64,000 nucleotides of DNA from Candidatus Pacearchaeota archaeon (GTDB lineage: Archaea > Nanobdellota > Nanobdellia > Pacearchaeales > GW2011-AR1): the NCBI GenBank assembly GCA_018303825.1, contig JAGVXK010000021.1, forward strand, positions 7,752 to 71,751, given 5' to 3'. The translations under genes were made by a program, and so were the position numbers. The notes under the pieces are model-generated. The model ran no database searches, was not told the origin of the DNA, and saw only the letters and a program-made list of their open reading frames with translations. Each line of letters begins with the position of its first letter. Position 1 is the first letter of the stretch. Positions 25,368 through 35,774 of this stretch are shown here, piece after piece.

Positions 25368-27926
25368 TTAACCTAATATGCTCAAATTCACTTGGACTTC
25401 TGGTTCTTTTGGAACTTTAACAATATCCGCCACTTTGTCTCCTTCTTTCAACTTAACCACATGGACTCCCTGCGTGGCTCTTCCCATGACTCTCAAGTCC
25501 CTCATGCTCGTTCTAAGGACCATCCCTTTTGTTGTCGTTATTATCACAGAATCACGGTCGTTGACACACAAAGAAGAGATGACATTTCCTGTTCTTTCAG
25601 AAACATCAAGACTAATTACTCCTTTTGCGCCCCTCGATGTCTTCCTATATTCTTCTAAATCTGATCTCTTCCCGAATCCTTTTTCTGCTACGGTAAGTAT
25701 TGTTGTTTTCCCATTCATCGGAAGACTTTCAAGAGCGACAACTTCATCTGTCTTTCCTAATTCTGCGCCTTTTACCCCATAAGATACCCTTCCCATAGGC
25801 CTTACCTCGTCGCTGTTGAATCTAACCGCCTGCCCTTTCTTTGTGACAAGCATTACTTCCTGCTTATCTATGACATGACTTACATTGATTAAAATATCAG
25901 AATTATCTGCCGGGAGATTTATTACCCTAACGCCCGTATTTCTTGGTTTGCTCAAATCTTTCAGTGGAAGCTTCTTTACCATTCCAAGTTTCGTGGCAAA
26001 CATCAAATATCCCACATCGAAATTCTTTACAGCTTTTACATTTGCTATGGCTTCATCTCTTAAACTTAAAAGATTGACAATTGCTTTCCCCTTTCCTTGT
26101 CTTTCTGCTGATGGAATATCATTTGCTTTCAGCCAATAAACCCTCCCCCTTGTTGTGAAGAACAATAAGAAATCATGTGTTGAGCAGGTAAGCATCTTGT
26201 TTACAAAATCTTCCTCTTTAAGTTCTGCCCCGCTTGTTCCAGCTCCGCCCCTCTTCTGCTCTTTATATGCCTTAACATCAACTCTCTTCACATATCCTGA
26301 GTTTGTAATCATAATGACAACATCTTTCTTCTCAATAAGGTCTTTTTCTGTTATTTCCTCAACCCTTCTTAATATTCTTGTTCTTCTCTCATCACCATAT
26401 TTTGTCTTAAATTCCTGAACCTCTCTCTTTATAACCTTTAGAATTTCTTTTTCGTCTCCAAGAATTTTCTTCAAGTCAGAAATTCCCTCTTTAAGCTTCT
26501 TTTCCTCATCCCTGAGCTTTCCTTCTTCTAATCTTGTCAATTGCTGCAATCTTATCTCCAAAACTGCCCTTGCCTGCTTATCAGTCAAAGAGAATTTCTT
26601 CATTAAGCCATCGTGTGCATCTGTCGCATTAGCTGATTTTTTGATAAATTCAACAACTTTATCAATATTCTTCTGCGCAATTAAAAGACCTAAGACAATT
26701 TCAAGCCTTTCTTCAGCTTTCTTCAATTCAAACTTGCTTCTATTCCTGACTATTAATCTTCTGTATTTGATATATTCTTCAATTATCTGCTTCAAATTAA
26801 GAACAACCGGCTTATTTCCAACAAGAGCAAGAAGATTTGCATCAAAACTCGTTTCCAGGTTAGTTGAAGTGTAAAGCTTGTTCAATGTAAATTTAGAATC
26901 AACTTCTTTTTTCAATTCAACAACAATTCTTACCTTTCCTTTGGAAGATTCGTCTCTTAAGTCATAAACATCTGGGAGCTTTTTCTCAGTTGCAAGCCTT
27001 GCAATCGATGTAACAAGATCAGACTTGTTAACCATGTAAGGTATTTCATTAATGATTATGATTGGCCTCCCTTTGCGCTCTTCAACTGTTGTTTTTCCTC
27101 TTATTACAATTTTTCCCTTTCCAGACTTATACATATCTTTTATTCCGTCTCCAAATATCTGTCCCCCTGTTGGAAAATCAGGGCCCTTTACTACTTCAGC
27201 AAGTTCATCTATAGTTATTTCCGGCTTGTTTATGCATTCAATTATTGCATCGCATACTTCTGTTAGATTATGGGGGGGAATATTTGTGGCCATTCCTACA
27301 GCTATTCCCGTAGCCCCATTAATTAGTAAATTTGGCAATTTCGCAGGAAGTGTTTCCGGCTCTTTTGTTGAATTATCGAAGTTAGGCCTCATCTTCACAG
27401 TTTCTTTATCAATGTCTTCAATTAATTCCTGTGAAATCTTTGAAAGTTTTACTTCTGTGTATCTTTGTGCTGCCGGACTATCTCCATCGAGTGAACCAAA
27501 ATTTCCTTGCCCGTGCACAAGTGGGTATCTTAAAGAAAAATCCTGTGCCATTCTCACGAGAGAATCATATACTGCAATATCACCATGTGGATGATACTTT
27601 CCTAAAACTTCTCCTACTACTGCCGCTGATTTTCTTGTTGGCTTGCTCGCATCAAGCCCAATAGAATGCATCGCATATAAAATTCTTCTGTGCACAGGTT
27701 TTAACCCATCCTCAACACTTGGAAGTGCTCTCTGAACAATAACGGACATTGCATAATCTATATATGCCTGCTCCATTTCCTCGACTATTTCCACGTTTGC
27801 TACGCCCTTCTCAACTTCTCCCTTTGCTCTTCTTTCCTGCTCTTTCTTTTCTGCTTCTATATCTATCTTTTTCTCTGTTTCATTCCCATTGCAATTTCCA
27901 TTTTTGTTTTCTTGCTTCTCCGCCAT
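25368..27926 (-). CDS. gyrA: DNA gyrase subunit A
   Basis: [29 protein letters not shown], with the active-site Tyr region ..[10 protein letters not shown].. and C-terminal beta-pinwheel repeats. 852 aa. Confidence 0.95.
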   Translation of the reverse strand: MAEKQENKNGNCNGNETEKKIDIEAEKKEQERRAKGEVEKGVANVEIVEEMEQAYIDYAMSVIVQRALPSVEDGLKPVHRRILYAMHSIGLDASKPTRKSAAVVGEVLGKYHPHGDIAVYDSLVRMAQDFSLRYPLVHGQGNFGSLDGDSPAAQRYTEVKLSKISQELIEDIDKETVKMRPNFDNSTKEPETLPAKLPNLLINGATGIAVGMATNIPPHNLTEVCDAIIECINKPEITIDELAEVVKGPDFPTGGQIFGDGIKDMYKSGKGKIVIRGKTTVEERKGRPIIIINEIPYMVNKSDLVTSIARLATEKKLPDVYDLRDESSKGKVRIVVELKKEVDSKFTLNKLYTSTNLETSFDANLLALVGNKPVVLNLKQIIEEYIKYRRLIVRNRSKFELKKAEERLEIVLGLLIAQKNIDKVVEFIKKSANATDAHDGLMKKFSLTDKQARAVLEIRLQQLTRLEEGKLRDEEKKLKEGISDLKKILGDEKEILKVIKREVQEFKTKYGDERRTRILRRVEEITEKDLIEKKDVVIMITNSGYVKRVDVKAYKEQKRGGAGTSGAELKEEDFVNKMLTCSTHDFLLFFTTRGRVYWLKANDIPSAERQGKGKAIVNLLSLRDEAIANVKAVKNFDVGYLMFATKLGMVKKLPLKDLSKPRNTGVRVINLPADNSDILINVSHVIDKQEVMLVTKKGQAVRFNSDEVRPMGRVSYGVKGAELGKTDEVVALESLPMNGKTTILTVAEKGFGKRSDLEEYRKTSRGAKGVISLDVSERTGNVISSLCVNDRDSVIITTTKGMVLRTSMRDLRVMGRATQGVHVVKLKEGDKVADIVKVPKEPEVQVNLSILG

Positions 27927-27927
27927 C

Positions 27928-28116
27928 TTACTTTAATTTATCCTCCTCGTGGTGAACCAGCAAGTGTCCAGATTTAATATCTATATGAAAATGTGATTTG
28001 GTATTTTTCAATTTATTTAACTTATTAATTAATTCTTCTATTTGATTATTATTAACTTCTATTTCAATCACATTATCCTCTTCATCCTTTGTTTTTTGAT
28101 TAGCTTTTATTGCCAT
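27928..28116 (-). CDS. Small hypothetical protein (62 aa) within the gyrB-gyrA operon
   Basis: Ends 1 nt before the gyrA start. Charged, coiled-coil-like, with a His-rich tail ([19 protein letters not shown]). Confidence 0.45.
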   Translation of the reverse strand: MAIKANQKTKDEEDNVIEIEVNNNQIEELINKLNKLKNTKSHFHIDIKSGHLLVHHEEDKLK

Positions 28117-28120
28117 GTTT

Positions 28121-28321
28121 TTATTTTTTCTCCTTTATTATTTGAGTCTTAACTGGAAAACTTACCAAACCAACCACGCCATTCCCTGAAAAATTAAGCC
28201 CGCAATCAAGGCAATAATCATGACTTTCTGAAACACTTGCTTCGATTCCTATATTCTCGCTCTCGCATTTAGGGCAAAACTTCGCTTCCCTTACTTTTTC
28301 AATTTTCTTTTCTTCGACCAT
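28121..28321 (-). CDS. Zinc-ribbon protein (66 aa) within the gyrB-gyrA operon
   Basis: CPKC..(17 aa)..CLDC four-Cys motif. Tightly packed between its neighbours. Confidence 0.55.
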   Translation of the reverse strand: MVEEKKIEKVREAKFCPKCESENIGIEASVSESHDYCLDCGLNFSGNGVVGLVSFPVKTQIIKEKK

Positions 28322-28322
28322 T

Positions 28323-28730
28323 TTACTTTAAAGCCTCCAGCTCTTTGCAAAGATTATCAACACTATCAAACCTTATCGTTTTCTCAGCAATCTGATTTAA
28401 GTAAGTATTCCTTACTCTACTATTAATTGCAAGAATTATTCTTTTCTTCTTGGCAATCGAATAACCTGCTTCCATTAATAACCCCTCACTTCTATTCTCG
28501 GAGTTAACAAACAATAAAATAGCATCGGAACCATCAAGAAATTTCAAGGCATGGTCCAAATAATCCTTTTCATTCCAACCATCAAATTTCTTAGGATTAT
28601 CGGCATAATCTATAAAGGTACACTTAGATTTATGTCCTGCTTTTTCGAGAGCAGATACTATTCTTCTTACATCTCTCTCTAACTGAATAAAATCTTTATT
28701 ACTTACCCTTTCTGCTATAAATATCATCAT
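28323..28730 (-). CDS. Nucleoside 2-deoxyribosyltransferase-like protein within the gyrB-gyrA operon
   Basis: MMIFIAERV.. at the N-terminus and ..LLMEAGYSIAKKKRIILA.. resemble the family pattern (FlAGp .. E.G.A.algKpv). The Met at 28730 avoids overlap with the gyrB stop (28732-28734); the longest ORF starts at 28754. Confidence 0.5.
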   Translation of the reverse strand: MMIFIAERVSNKDFIQLERDVRRIVSALEKAGHKSKCTFIDYADNPKKFDGWNEKDYLDHALKFLDGSDAILLFVNSENRSEGLLMEAGYSIAKKKRIILAINSRVRNTYLNQIAEKTIRFDSVDNLCKELEALK

Positions 28731-28731
28731 A

Positions 28732-30633
28732 TTAAATATCCAATTGGGCCTCATGAGACCTTTCCGCTATGAACTGTCTTCTTGGCTCAACATCATCCCC
28801 CATTAATTTTGAAAACACTTCATCTGCAAGAGCCGCATCTTCTATTGTGACCCTGTTTAGCAATCTTCTTTTTGGGTCCATTGTTGTTTCCCACAACTGC
28901 TCAGGATTCATTTCTCCAAGTCCTTTGAATCTTTGCACATCCACATTGCTTCCCATCCTTGAAACTACTTCCTTCAATTCCTTGTCTGAATAAACATAAT
29001 GGTCTCCTTTCTTTCTTATCCTGTAAAGTGGAGAAACTGCAACATATATGTTTCCGTTTTCTATCAATTTAGGCATAAATCTGAAGAAGAAAGTCAGCAA
29101 AAGAGTTTTAATATGCGCCCCGTCTACATCGGCATCAGACATAATTATTATTTTTGCATACCTAAGTTTCTCCTGATTAAATTGCTCTCCTACTCCGGTT
29201 CCTATCGCAGTTATTAAATTAGCGATTTCTTCGTTTGAAAAAACTTTTACTGGCGCTACCCTTTCTACATTAAGAATTTTACCTCTTAATGGAAGTATGG
29301 CCTGAAATTCTTTATCTCTCGCCTGCTTTCCTGAGCCAGATGCACTGTCTCCCTCAACGATAAATATCTCGCTCAATTCTGTTTTGTTGCTTGAACAATC
29401 TGCTAATTTTCCTGGAAGTCCGCCAACAGAAAATGCATTTTTCCTTCTTACAAGCTCCTTTGCTTTCTTAGCAGCATTTCTTGCTTTTTGCGCTTCAAGA
29501 GCTTTTTCAACCACCCTCTTCGCAATTGTTGGATTCTCCTCAAAAAATATGCTGAGAGAATTCATCGTAACAGAATCAACTATTCCCTTTACTTCGGAAT
29601 TTCCCAGCTTCGTCTTTGTCTGTCCTTCAAACTGCGGCTCTGGAACTTTGATGCTTATTATTGCTGTAAGTCCCTCTCGAACATCGTCTCCAGTCAATCC
29701 TTCGCCTTTTCCATTATTTTTCTTGCTATATTCATTGATAGCCCTCGTCAGGGCAGTTTTAAACCCCGCAACATGTGTTCCGCCTTCAACAGTATTAATA
29801 GTATTAACAAAACTAAGAACATTTTCCTGATAACCTGAGTTGTATTGCACAGCACACTCAACAACCACCTTATCAACCTCTTTTATGAAATAAATAGGCT
29901 TGTGCAAAGGCTCTTTTGACTGATTGGCATGCTTTACAAACTCTACTAATCCGCCTTCATAATGAAAAGTCTCCTTTTTTTCATTATATTCATCTTTTAG
30001 AATTATCTTCAAACCCTTATTCAAAAAGGCTATTTCCTTAAATCTAGCAGATAATATTGAAAACTCGAATTTTATTGTTGAAAAAATACTATCATCAGGC
30101 CAAAAAGTCACAATTGTCCCTGTGTCTTTTTTATCGCATTCTCCTTTTACTTTTATATCATATAACGGCTTCCCAATTTTATAATCTTGCTGATAAATCT
30201 TCCCATTTCTTTTAACAACCACTTTCATTAGCCTAGAAAGAGCTGCCACAACCGAAATTCCCACGCCATGCAACCCCCCAGAAACAGCATAGCTTCCCTT
30301 ATCGAACTTTCCACCAGCATGCAATTTCGTAACAACTATTTCCAAAGCTGGTTTTTTGTAAACTGGGTGCATTTCAACCGGAATTCCCCTGCCATTATCT
30401 TCAACAGTTACACTGCCATCCTTATTTAGTGTAACAATTATCTCGTCACAATAACCCCCCATCGCCTCATCTACGGAGTTGTCAACAACTTCCCAGACAA
30501 GATGATGCAATCCTGTCTTGCTTGTACTTCCTATGTACATCGCCGGACGCAGTCTCACTCCTTCCAGTCCTTCCAAAACCTTAATCTTCTCTGCGCCATA
30601 CTCTTTTGAGCTTTTTTCTTTATCTGCTGCCAT
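28732..30633 (-). CDS. gyrB: DNA gyrase subunit B
   Basis: GHKL ATPase motifs (GLHHLVWEVVDNSVDE, GGLHGVG), a Toprim domain (EIFIVEGDSAGGS-like, PLRGKILNVE) and a C-terminal GLGEMNPEQLWETTM. Confidence 0.95.
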   Translation of the reverse strand: MAADKEKSSKEYGAEKIKVLEGLEGVRLRPAMYIGSTSKTGLHHLVWEVVDNSVDEAMGGYCDEIIVTLNKDGSVTVEDNGRGIPVEMHPVYKKPALEIVVTKLHAGGKFDKGSYAVSGGLHGVGISVVAALSRLMKVVVKRNGKIYQQDYKIGKPLYDIKVKGECDKKDTGTIVTFWPDDSIFSTIKFEFSILSARFKEIAFLNKGLKIILKDEYNEKKETFHYEGGLVEFVKHANQSKEPLHKPIYFIKEVDKVVVECAVQYNSGYQENVLSFVNTINTVEGGTHVAGFKTALTRAINEYSKKNNGKGEGLTGDDVREGLTAIISIKVPEPQFEGQTKTKLGNSEVKGIVDSVTMNSLSIFFEENPTIAKRVVEKALEAQKARNAAKKAKELVRRKNAFSVGGLPGKLADCSSNKTELSEIFIVEGDSASGSGKQARDKEFQAILPLRGKILNVERVAPVKVFSNEEIANLITAIGTGVGEQFNQEKLRYAKIIIMSDADVDGAHIKTLLLTFFFRFMPKLIENGNIYVAVSPLYRIRKKGDHYVYSDKELKEVVSRMGSNVDVQRFKGLGEMNPEQLWETTMDPKRRLLNRVTIEDAALADEVFSKLMGDDVEPRRQFIAERSHEAQLDI

Positions 30634-30843
30634 TTTCCCTAATTTAAGATAATTTACACCATGTCTTACCCGTAATTTGGTTTAAAACATGCTAAATTCC
30701 AGCTAAAAAAAGTCAACTTGCTTTATAAACCTTACTATGCCTTTTTTACTTTTATCGTCGACAAAATGGTTTTTTGTAAAATCTTTCTGAAATTGCATAA
30801 AAAGTGGCTAAATGCTTAAAAAACCATGATGTATTGAATAATT

Positions 30844-31314
30844 ATGGAAAGTAATGGAAAAAATTTAGTGAAGATTATGGATTTTTCGGACAATAAATTA
30901 TTAAAAAATATCAAGAAAAATCTTCCAAATTTGGAAAAACTGCTTGAAGAGATAAAGGACCATTGGGCAGAAGAAGACCTGATTTATAGGTACTACCACA
31001 ACTCATTTAAAGTTTATAGAATCCAGTCTTTAACATCCTCTATTTTAAAAGCTTTAAATGACATTTCTCCGCATGAAGACAAAAAAATCCCTAATGAATC
31101 ATACTTAAAGATAATAGCTGATGGCTCAGGAAAAGTTTGGAAGCCAGAGCATAATAGAAATTGGGATGAAATAACAAGACCTATGCTGGAAGCATTTTTC
31201 CATTCAAAATACTTCCTTGAAATGGCTATAAAATATGGAAAACAATACAAAAAAGCCCCGCAATTAATGGATTCTGGCTGGGCAGCACTATTGGAATTGT
31301 ATAATATCAGGTAA
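30844..31314 (+). CDS. Hypothetical protein (156 aa)
   Basis: Intact ORF with normal composition. No family recognised. Confidence 0.55.
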   Translation: MESNGKNLVKIMDFSDNKLLKNIKKNLPNLEKLLEEIKDHWAEEDLIYRYYHNSFKVYRIQSLTSSILKALNDISPHEDKKIPNESYLKIIADGSGKVWKPEHNRNWDEITRPMLEAFFHSKYFLEMAIKYGKQYKKAPQLMDSGWAALLELYNIR

Positions 31315-31356
31315 AATTTGAACAATTAAGATAAATTATATAAAAATTAAAAAAGA

Positions 31357-31563
31357 TTAAATTGAATATTCAGGTTCTTTTCTTTCACGCAATTTGTCAG
31401 AAATATCAATTGGATGATCAAGCAATTTCCATCTTCCAGTTATAGTCCTGGGCTCGGGACTTAAGGCTTCCTGAGATCTCATTAGAACAGTACGCATATA
31501 CTTTGCGTGTCTTGCCATTCTTTCATTTAATAGTTTTGGGGTATATGATTTATTAAAATCCAT
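31357..31563 (-). CDS. Hypothetical protein (68 aa)
   Basis: ORF only. Basic composition. Confidence 0.4.
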   Translation of the reverse strand: MDFNKSYTPKLLNERMARHAKYMRTVLMRSQEALSPEPRTITGRWKLLDHPIDISDKLRERKEPEYSI

Positions 31564-31625
31564 TAAGAATTAAAGGTATTGCGATTTTTAAATATTTGTA
31601 TAATATCAAAATACTGATTATTTGA

Positions 31626-31949
31626 TTATTTCTTGGCTTCTTTGGCCTTTTTGTCAGTTCTGGCTTCTTTAAACGCCTTCCTTACTATTGCTTTTTCATC
31701 AGCTACTTTCTTTGCTTCTTTGGCATCCTCAACTTTCTTTGCTTCGTGAGCTATTTCTCTTGCAGCATTTGATTTCAAAGAATCTTTATATGTCAATGTC
31801 CATTTCAACTTTCGTTTATCTCTTCCCAACTTTAAAGAATTTTTTCTGCATTTACTTGAGCAGTAAAAATCAACTGTGCCATCATTCTTGATTAAATGAA
31901 CACCAGTATAATCTGGTTCTTCTCTTCCGCAAAATACGCATTTTGTCAT
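31626..31949 (-). CDS. rpl24e: 50S ribosomal protein L24e with Lys/Ala-rich C-terminal tail
   Basis: MTKCVFCGREEPDYTGVHLIKNDGTVDFYCSSKCRKNSLKLGRDKRKLKWT matches L24e. Confidence 0.85.
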   Translation of the reverse strand: MTKCVFCGREEPDYTGVHLIKNDGTVDFYCSSKCRKNSLKLGRDKRKLKWTLTYKDSLKSNAAREIAHEAKKVEDAKEAKKVADEKAIVRKAFKEARTDKKAKEAKK

Positions 31950-32305
31950 CTTCTCGCTTCCCAGGAGAGGACTCCAAGGTTATCATAATAGTCTACAATT
32001 ACAAGTCTTCTGCAATTAGGGTCAACAGACTCCATAGCTATTCGAGAATTGTCAAGAACGTCTGGATGCTCTTTGGAAGCACCAACTATTAAATAACCTT
32101 TATGCCCATATGCATGTATAAATCCTACACCTGAAAATGGATTAGTTGTTCTTAAAAAGATACGAAAATCCTCTTTAATTTTAAAATACTTTTCTGTTAG
32201 TTGTTCAAATTCCACCCCAGAAATAAAACCCTCAGCAATTTTTCCCGATAGACCGCTTATTCTCAAAGAAGAAGCACTGTCTTGGGTTTTCTGTGTATCA
32301 TTCAT
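31946..32305 (-). CDS. Hypothetical protein (119 aa) inserted between S28e and L24e
   Basis: Overlaps the L24e start by 4 nt and begins 1 nt after S28e. No family recognised. Confidence 0.5.
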   Translation of the reverse strand: MNDTQKTQDSASSLRISGLSGKIAEGFISGVEFEQLTEKYFKIKEDFRIFLRTTNPFSGVGFIHAYGHKGYLIVGASKEHPDVLDNSRIAMESVDPNCRRLVIVDYYDNLGVLSWEARR

Positions 32306-32306
32306 C

Positions 32307-32612
32307 TTATCTAGACCTCGACCCTGCTACAGTCCTTGTATTCGAACCTTTAATTCTTCTGGCTTCTATTTCTGTTTCTCTTAGTGTGACCAAATCTCCA
32401 ACCTTAACAGGTCCTTTAATATTTCTTCTCATTGTTCTTCCTTTGTTTCTTCCATCAAGAACCTTGACCTTTGCTTGTGTAACTTCTCCTCTGGCTCCTG
32501 TTCTTCCTATAAATTCTTCTACCAAGCCATTAACAACCTCTGTAGAAAAAGTCATTCTTGTGCTTGGTCCAGTTTCTTGTGTTTTATCCCTTATTCTTTG
32601 TTCTTTAGCCAT
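32307..32612 (-). CDS. rps28e: 30S ribosomal protein S28e with N- and C-terminal extensions
   Basis: Core [52 protein letters not shown]. Confidence 0.85.
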   Translation of the reverse strand: MAKEQRIRDKTQETGPSTRMTFSTEVVNGLVEEFIGRTGARGEVTQAKVKVLDGRNKGRTMRRNIKGPVKVGDLVTLRETEIEARRIKGSNTRTVAGSRSR

Positions 32613-32629
32613 GTTTTACCTTAAATATT

Positions 32630-32938
32630 TCACTTAGTTTTCTTCAAAGCAGCTATTTCTTTATCCGTCTCGCCCGCATTAACTACTGCGACAGCGCTCG
32701 CCCCAACTTTTATTCCAGCCGCAATTCCAAGTTTTTGTTTAGAATCAACTTCTTGACAAGGTATTCCTTTCTCTTTCGCAATAACAGATAAATGAGCAAC
32801 AATTTCTTTCGGGAAAACATCAGCAGCATATACAACTAGCTTGGCTACTCCCAGCTCGATAGCTTTTGTCGCTTCGTTTATTCCTTTGTCGATTTTTCCT
32901 GTTTTTCTTGCTCTTTCAATAATTGAATAGAAGTCCAT
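32630..32938 (-). CDS. rpl7ae: 50S ribosomal protein L7Ae (kink-turn binding)
   Basis: KGINEATKAIELGVAKLVVYAADVFPKEIVAHLSVIAKEKGIPCQEV matches the L7Ae/L30e family. Position upstream of S28e-L24e. Confidence 0.8.
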   Translation of the reverse strand: MDFYSIIERARKTGKIDKGINEATKAIELGVAKLVVYAADVFPKEIVAHLSVIAKEKGIPCQEVDSKQKLGIAAGIKVGASAVAVVNAGETDKEIAALKKTK

Positions 32939-33021
32939 TTTAGACCTCCGTAATCCGATGAATTACTTCATGGGTTAATTATACTTTAAAAAGTAGGTTT
33001 ATAAATCTTTTTGTAGAAAAT

Positions 33022-34008
33022 TTATTTCCAACTAACATCAACTTGGTCAGTTCTTTCCCTTGGCTTTATATCGACTTTATCAAAATCAAGAGCAATCTTC
33101 CTATCTGCATTATACATTAATTCTCCGGTATACGCAATCATTCCAGCATTGTCCGTTAATAAACTTCTTTCAGGACAATAAAACTTGCAATCTCTTTCTT
33201 TGCACATTATTCTGCACATTTCCTGAAGCCTAGAATTGCAGGCAACCCCCCCACCTAGAACAAGCTCTTTCTTTCCAGTATGAGCCAAAGCTCTTTCAGC
33301 TGCCTCAACAAGCATTGCAAATGCTGTCTCCTGAAGGGAAAAAGACAAATCTTCTTTAGCTTTTTCTTTATCCTGTGCTTTACCATATAATTGCTGTAAT
33401 TTTGTCTGCATTCCTGAAAAGGAAACATCCATTCCCTTTATTGAGTAAGGCAACTCAATATATTTTCCATTCTTCGCAAGTTGTTCTATCTTTGGCCCTC
33501 CGGGAAAACCAATTCCCATATGTCTTGCCACTTTATCAATAAAATTGCCAACTCCTAAATCCAAAGTTTCTCCAAAAACCCTATACTTTCCAGAAGCATA
33601 TGCAATTATCTGTGTGTTAGCACCAGAGGCATAAAGTAGAACAGGGTCTTTTGCCCCAATTGACTGCCCTATTTCAAGATGAGCAATGCAATGATTTACC
33701 GGAACTATCTTGATACCCAATTCTTTTGCTTTCTTTTTTGCAAATTCCAATCCTGCAAGCAAACAAGGAGCCAATCCGGGAGCATTTGAAAAAGCAATTG
33801 CATCTATATCTTTCTCCTTAATTCCAGATTCTTGCAATGCCCTTCCATACAATATGTCTGCAATCTCTCTGTGATGTTTCGCGCTTTCTGTAGGAATTAT
33901 TCCTCCTTCTTTTGGGACAAACATATCTTTAATATTAATAATTATTTTTCCCTTTTCTACAAGAGCAATTCCAAACGTATGTGCCGTTGATTCAATTCCC
34001 AAAATCAT
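33022..34008 (-). CDS. kae1: tRNA N6-adenosine threonylcarbamoyltransferase Kae1 (no Bud32 fusion)
   Basis: MILGIESTAHTFGIALV.., the metal-binding HCIAHLE motif and GGVACNSRLQEM. Confidence 0.9.
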   Translation of the reverse strand: MILGIESTAHTFGIALVEKGKIIINIKDMFVPKEGGIIPTESAKHHREIADILYGRALQESGIKEKDIDAIAFSNAPGLAPCLLAGLEFAKKKAKELGIKIVPVNHCIAHLEIGQSIGAKDPVLLYASGANTQIIAYASGKYRVFGETLDLGVGNFIDKVARHMGIGFPGGPKIEQLAKNGKYIELPYSIKGMDVSFSGMQTKLQQLYGKAQDKEKAKEDLSFSLQETAFAMLVEAAERALAHTGKKELVLGGGVACNSRLQEMCRIMCKERDCKFYCPERSLLTDNAGMIAYTGELMYNADRKIALDFDKVDIKPRERTDQVDVSWK

Positions 34009-34051
34009 AGATATAAATCAATAACAGGATATAAAAATTAATCGTTCGGGT

Positions 34052-34786
34052 TTAAAGCCCACTTGAATCAAGGCTTTCTGCTTGTTCTTTTGTCAGATGA
34101 AGACCGCATTCTTTGTTCTGCTCCCTGCCTTTAAAAATATCAAAATAATGTCTATTAATTGGAAGATTATTTCTTCTAACATAATCAAGAACTTCATTTT
34201 CAGTCCAGTAAAATATGGGATGGATTTTGTAGATGCCATCTTCCCTTCTGGAAAGAATATTGTTTTCTTTCCTTTTCCCAGTCTCCCAGCTCATAATTCC
34301 GGAAAACCAGGCTAGGACATTCAATTCCTTTAATGCCCTCTCAAGAGGTTCAATCTTATAATCATATTTATATTCTTTAGCCAATCTCTTTAATTCCAAA
34401 TTATCTTCGTTATTTATTGCACTATCAATATCAGCTATTGGTCTTCTTGGAGCAAGAGAATCAAATTGGTGGAAATTCAAATGGTACCTCCTTCTCAAAG
34501 ATAAAACAAATTCAGCATTTCCATTTGAAAATTCATCAATATATGGATGTTTGACATAAATAACTGAAATATCTGGCATAACTCTTGTTACGATATTTAT
34601 CATGACTGCTGAGTATTTTCCAAAGCTGGATGTCATTACCAATCCTGTTGGAAATCTTCCGTTTGCCCATTTTACAATATAATCTGCATTCATATCCCTC
34701 AAAAACCCATTTTTCTTATCGATATCAACTAAATTCATCAAATATGCTGTGGAAAAGCGTTTATAAACTCTGTTTACTACTTGCAT
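34052..34786 (-). CDS. Phosphoadenosine phosphosulfate (PAPS) reductase-family protein
   Basis: SSFGKYSAVMINIV.. (PP-loop-like) and ..YKIHPIFYWTENEVLDYVRRNNLPINRHY are typical of the PAPS_reduct family. Confidence 0.7.
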   Translation of the reverse strand: MQVVNRVYKRFSTAYLMNLVDIDKKNGFLRDMNADYIVKWANGRFPTGLVMTSSFGKYSAVMINIVTRVMPDISVIYVKHPYIDEFSNGNAEFVLSLRRRYHLNFHQFDSLAPRRPIADIDSAINNEDNLELKRLAKEYKYDYKIEPLERALKELNVLAWFSGIMSWETGKRKENNILSRREDGIYKIHPIFYWTENEVLDYVRRNNLPINRHYFDIFKGREQNKECGLHLTKEQAESLDSSGL

Positions 34787-34801
34787 AGATAGTATTTATG
34801 A

Positions 34802-35044
34802 CTAATTCAACTCTGCAAAAAAGAAATTTCTTACTCTTCTCATAGGAGTCGATTCTACGGTTGCAAGAACATCATCTATATAATTTAAACTTGCGGTTCC
34901 GGCATGAACGCCTTTTAACATACTAGAAACACCTTCTTTCAGGCAAAAAAAGTAATCATCCTTTATCCTTCCAGCATCCACTTCCGGATGCCTGTCTCTG
35001 AGCTGAATTATCTTCCCTGCATGATAAGATTTGAGCAATACCAT
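34802..35044 (-). CDS. Hypothetical protein (80 aa)
   Basis: ORF only, immediately upstream of the PAPS-reductase-like gene. Confidence 0.4.
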   Translation of the reverse strand: MVLLKSYHAGKIIQLRDRHPEVDAGRIKDDYFFCLKEGVSSMLKGVHAGTASLNYIDDVLATVESTPMRRVRNFFFAELN

Positions 35045-35153
35045 ACAAGAGCCCAGAATCGATGGCTTAAATACCTAACCATGAAGAGCAGAGAAAAATT
35101 ATAAAAATAAAAAAGGAAAAAAGATGGATCGAAAATTGAAAAAATACGATTAT

Positions 35154-35276
35154 TTATTTCTTCTTCTTTCTTCCGCCTCTTGCCATTCTAGCCTCGCATA
35201 CATTTCCTTTACCATCTACATAGTAAAGATAACCTGGCTTTCTTTTGACGACGTTCTTAACCAATATTGTTCCCAT
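35154..35276 (-). CDS. Small basic protein (40 aa)
   Basis: MGTILVKNVVKRKPGYLYYVDGKGNVCEARMARGGRKKKK. Below the ORF-track cutoff; the overlapping + ORF 35124..35336 looks spurious. Confidence 0.4.
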   Translation of the reverse strand: MGTILVKNVVKRKPGYLYYVDGKGNVCEARMARGGRKKKK

Positions 35277-35396
35277 TTTTTAACCTCCTTTTGCTTTATA
35301 TATCAAACGTATTATGTAAATACTATTCGTATTTAAACCTTTTTATTCTTCCGACGATAAAATGTCTTCTCTAAATAATGGCACTCAATTTTTAGA

Positions 35397-35726
35397 TTAT
35401 TTTAATAAATTATTTATTAATTCCCTGTTTTTTTTGTTAATAGGAATTTCAATTAGTTTCCTAAACTTTATTTTGGGTGCAACTGATGGAGAAAATGGCT
35501 TGACAATTTTCTCTTCAATTACTTTATTTTCCGCATCAAGCCAAACTGCAAGAAAAGAAAAAAATACAAAATAAGAATGAATAAACATCATAGTATCCCT
35601 TGGAAATTCAAACAGCAGATTATCCGAATTCCTTGATTTAAACATTAAACCGGTGAACTTGCCAAAATTAGACAATCTTCTGGCGCTTACTTTGATTTTA
35701 CCCCTTCTTTTAATATTGATTATCAT
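35397..35726 (-). CDS. DUF192-family protein
   Basis: ..FTGLMFKSRNSDNLLFEF..IHSYFVFFSFLAVWLDAENKVI.. fits the DUF192 pattern (GLM.r...GmLF.f ... LDi.f.d). Confidence 0.6.
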   Translation of the reverse strand: MIINIKRRGKIKVSARRLSNFGKFTGLMFKSRNSDNLLFEFPRDTMMFIHSYFVFFSFLAVWLDAENKVIEEKIVKPFSPSVAPKIKFRKLIEIPINKKNRELINNLLK

Positions 35727-35774
35727 CTTTTCATTTATGAACCTTGCTTTTCTTATACTTTCTAAATATAATTA

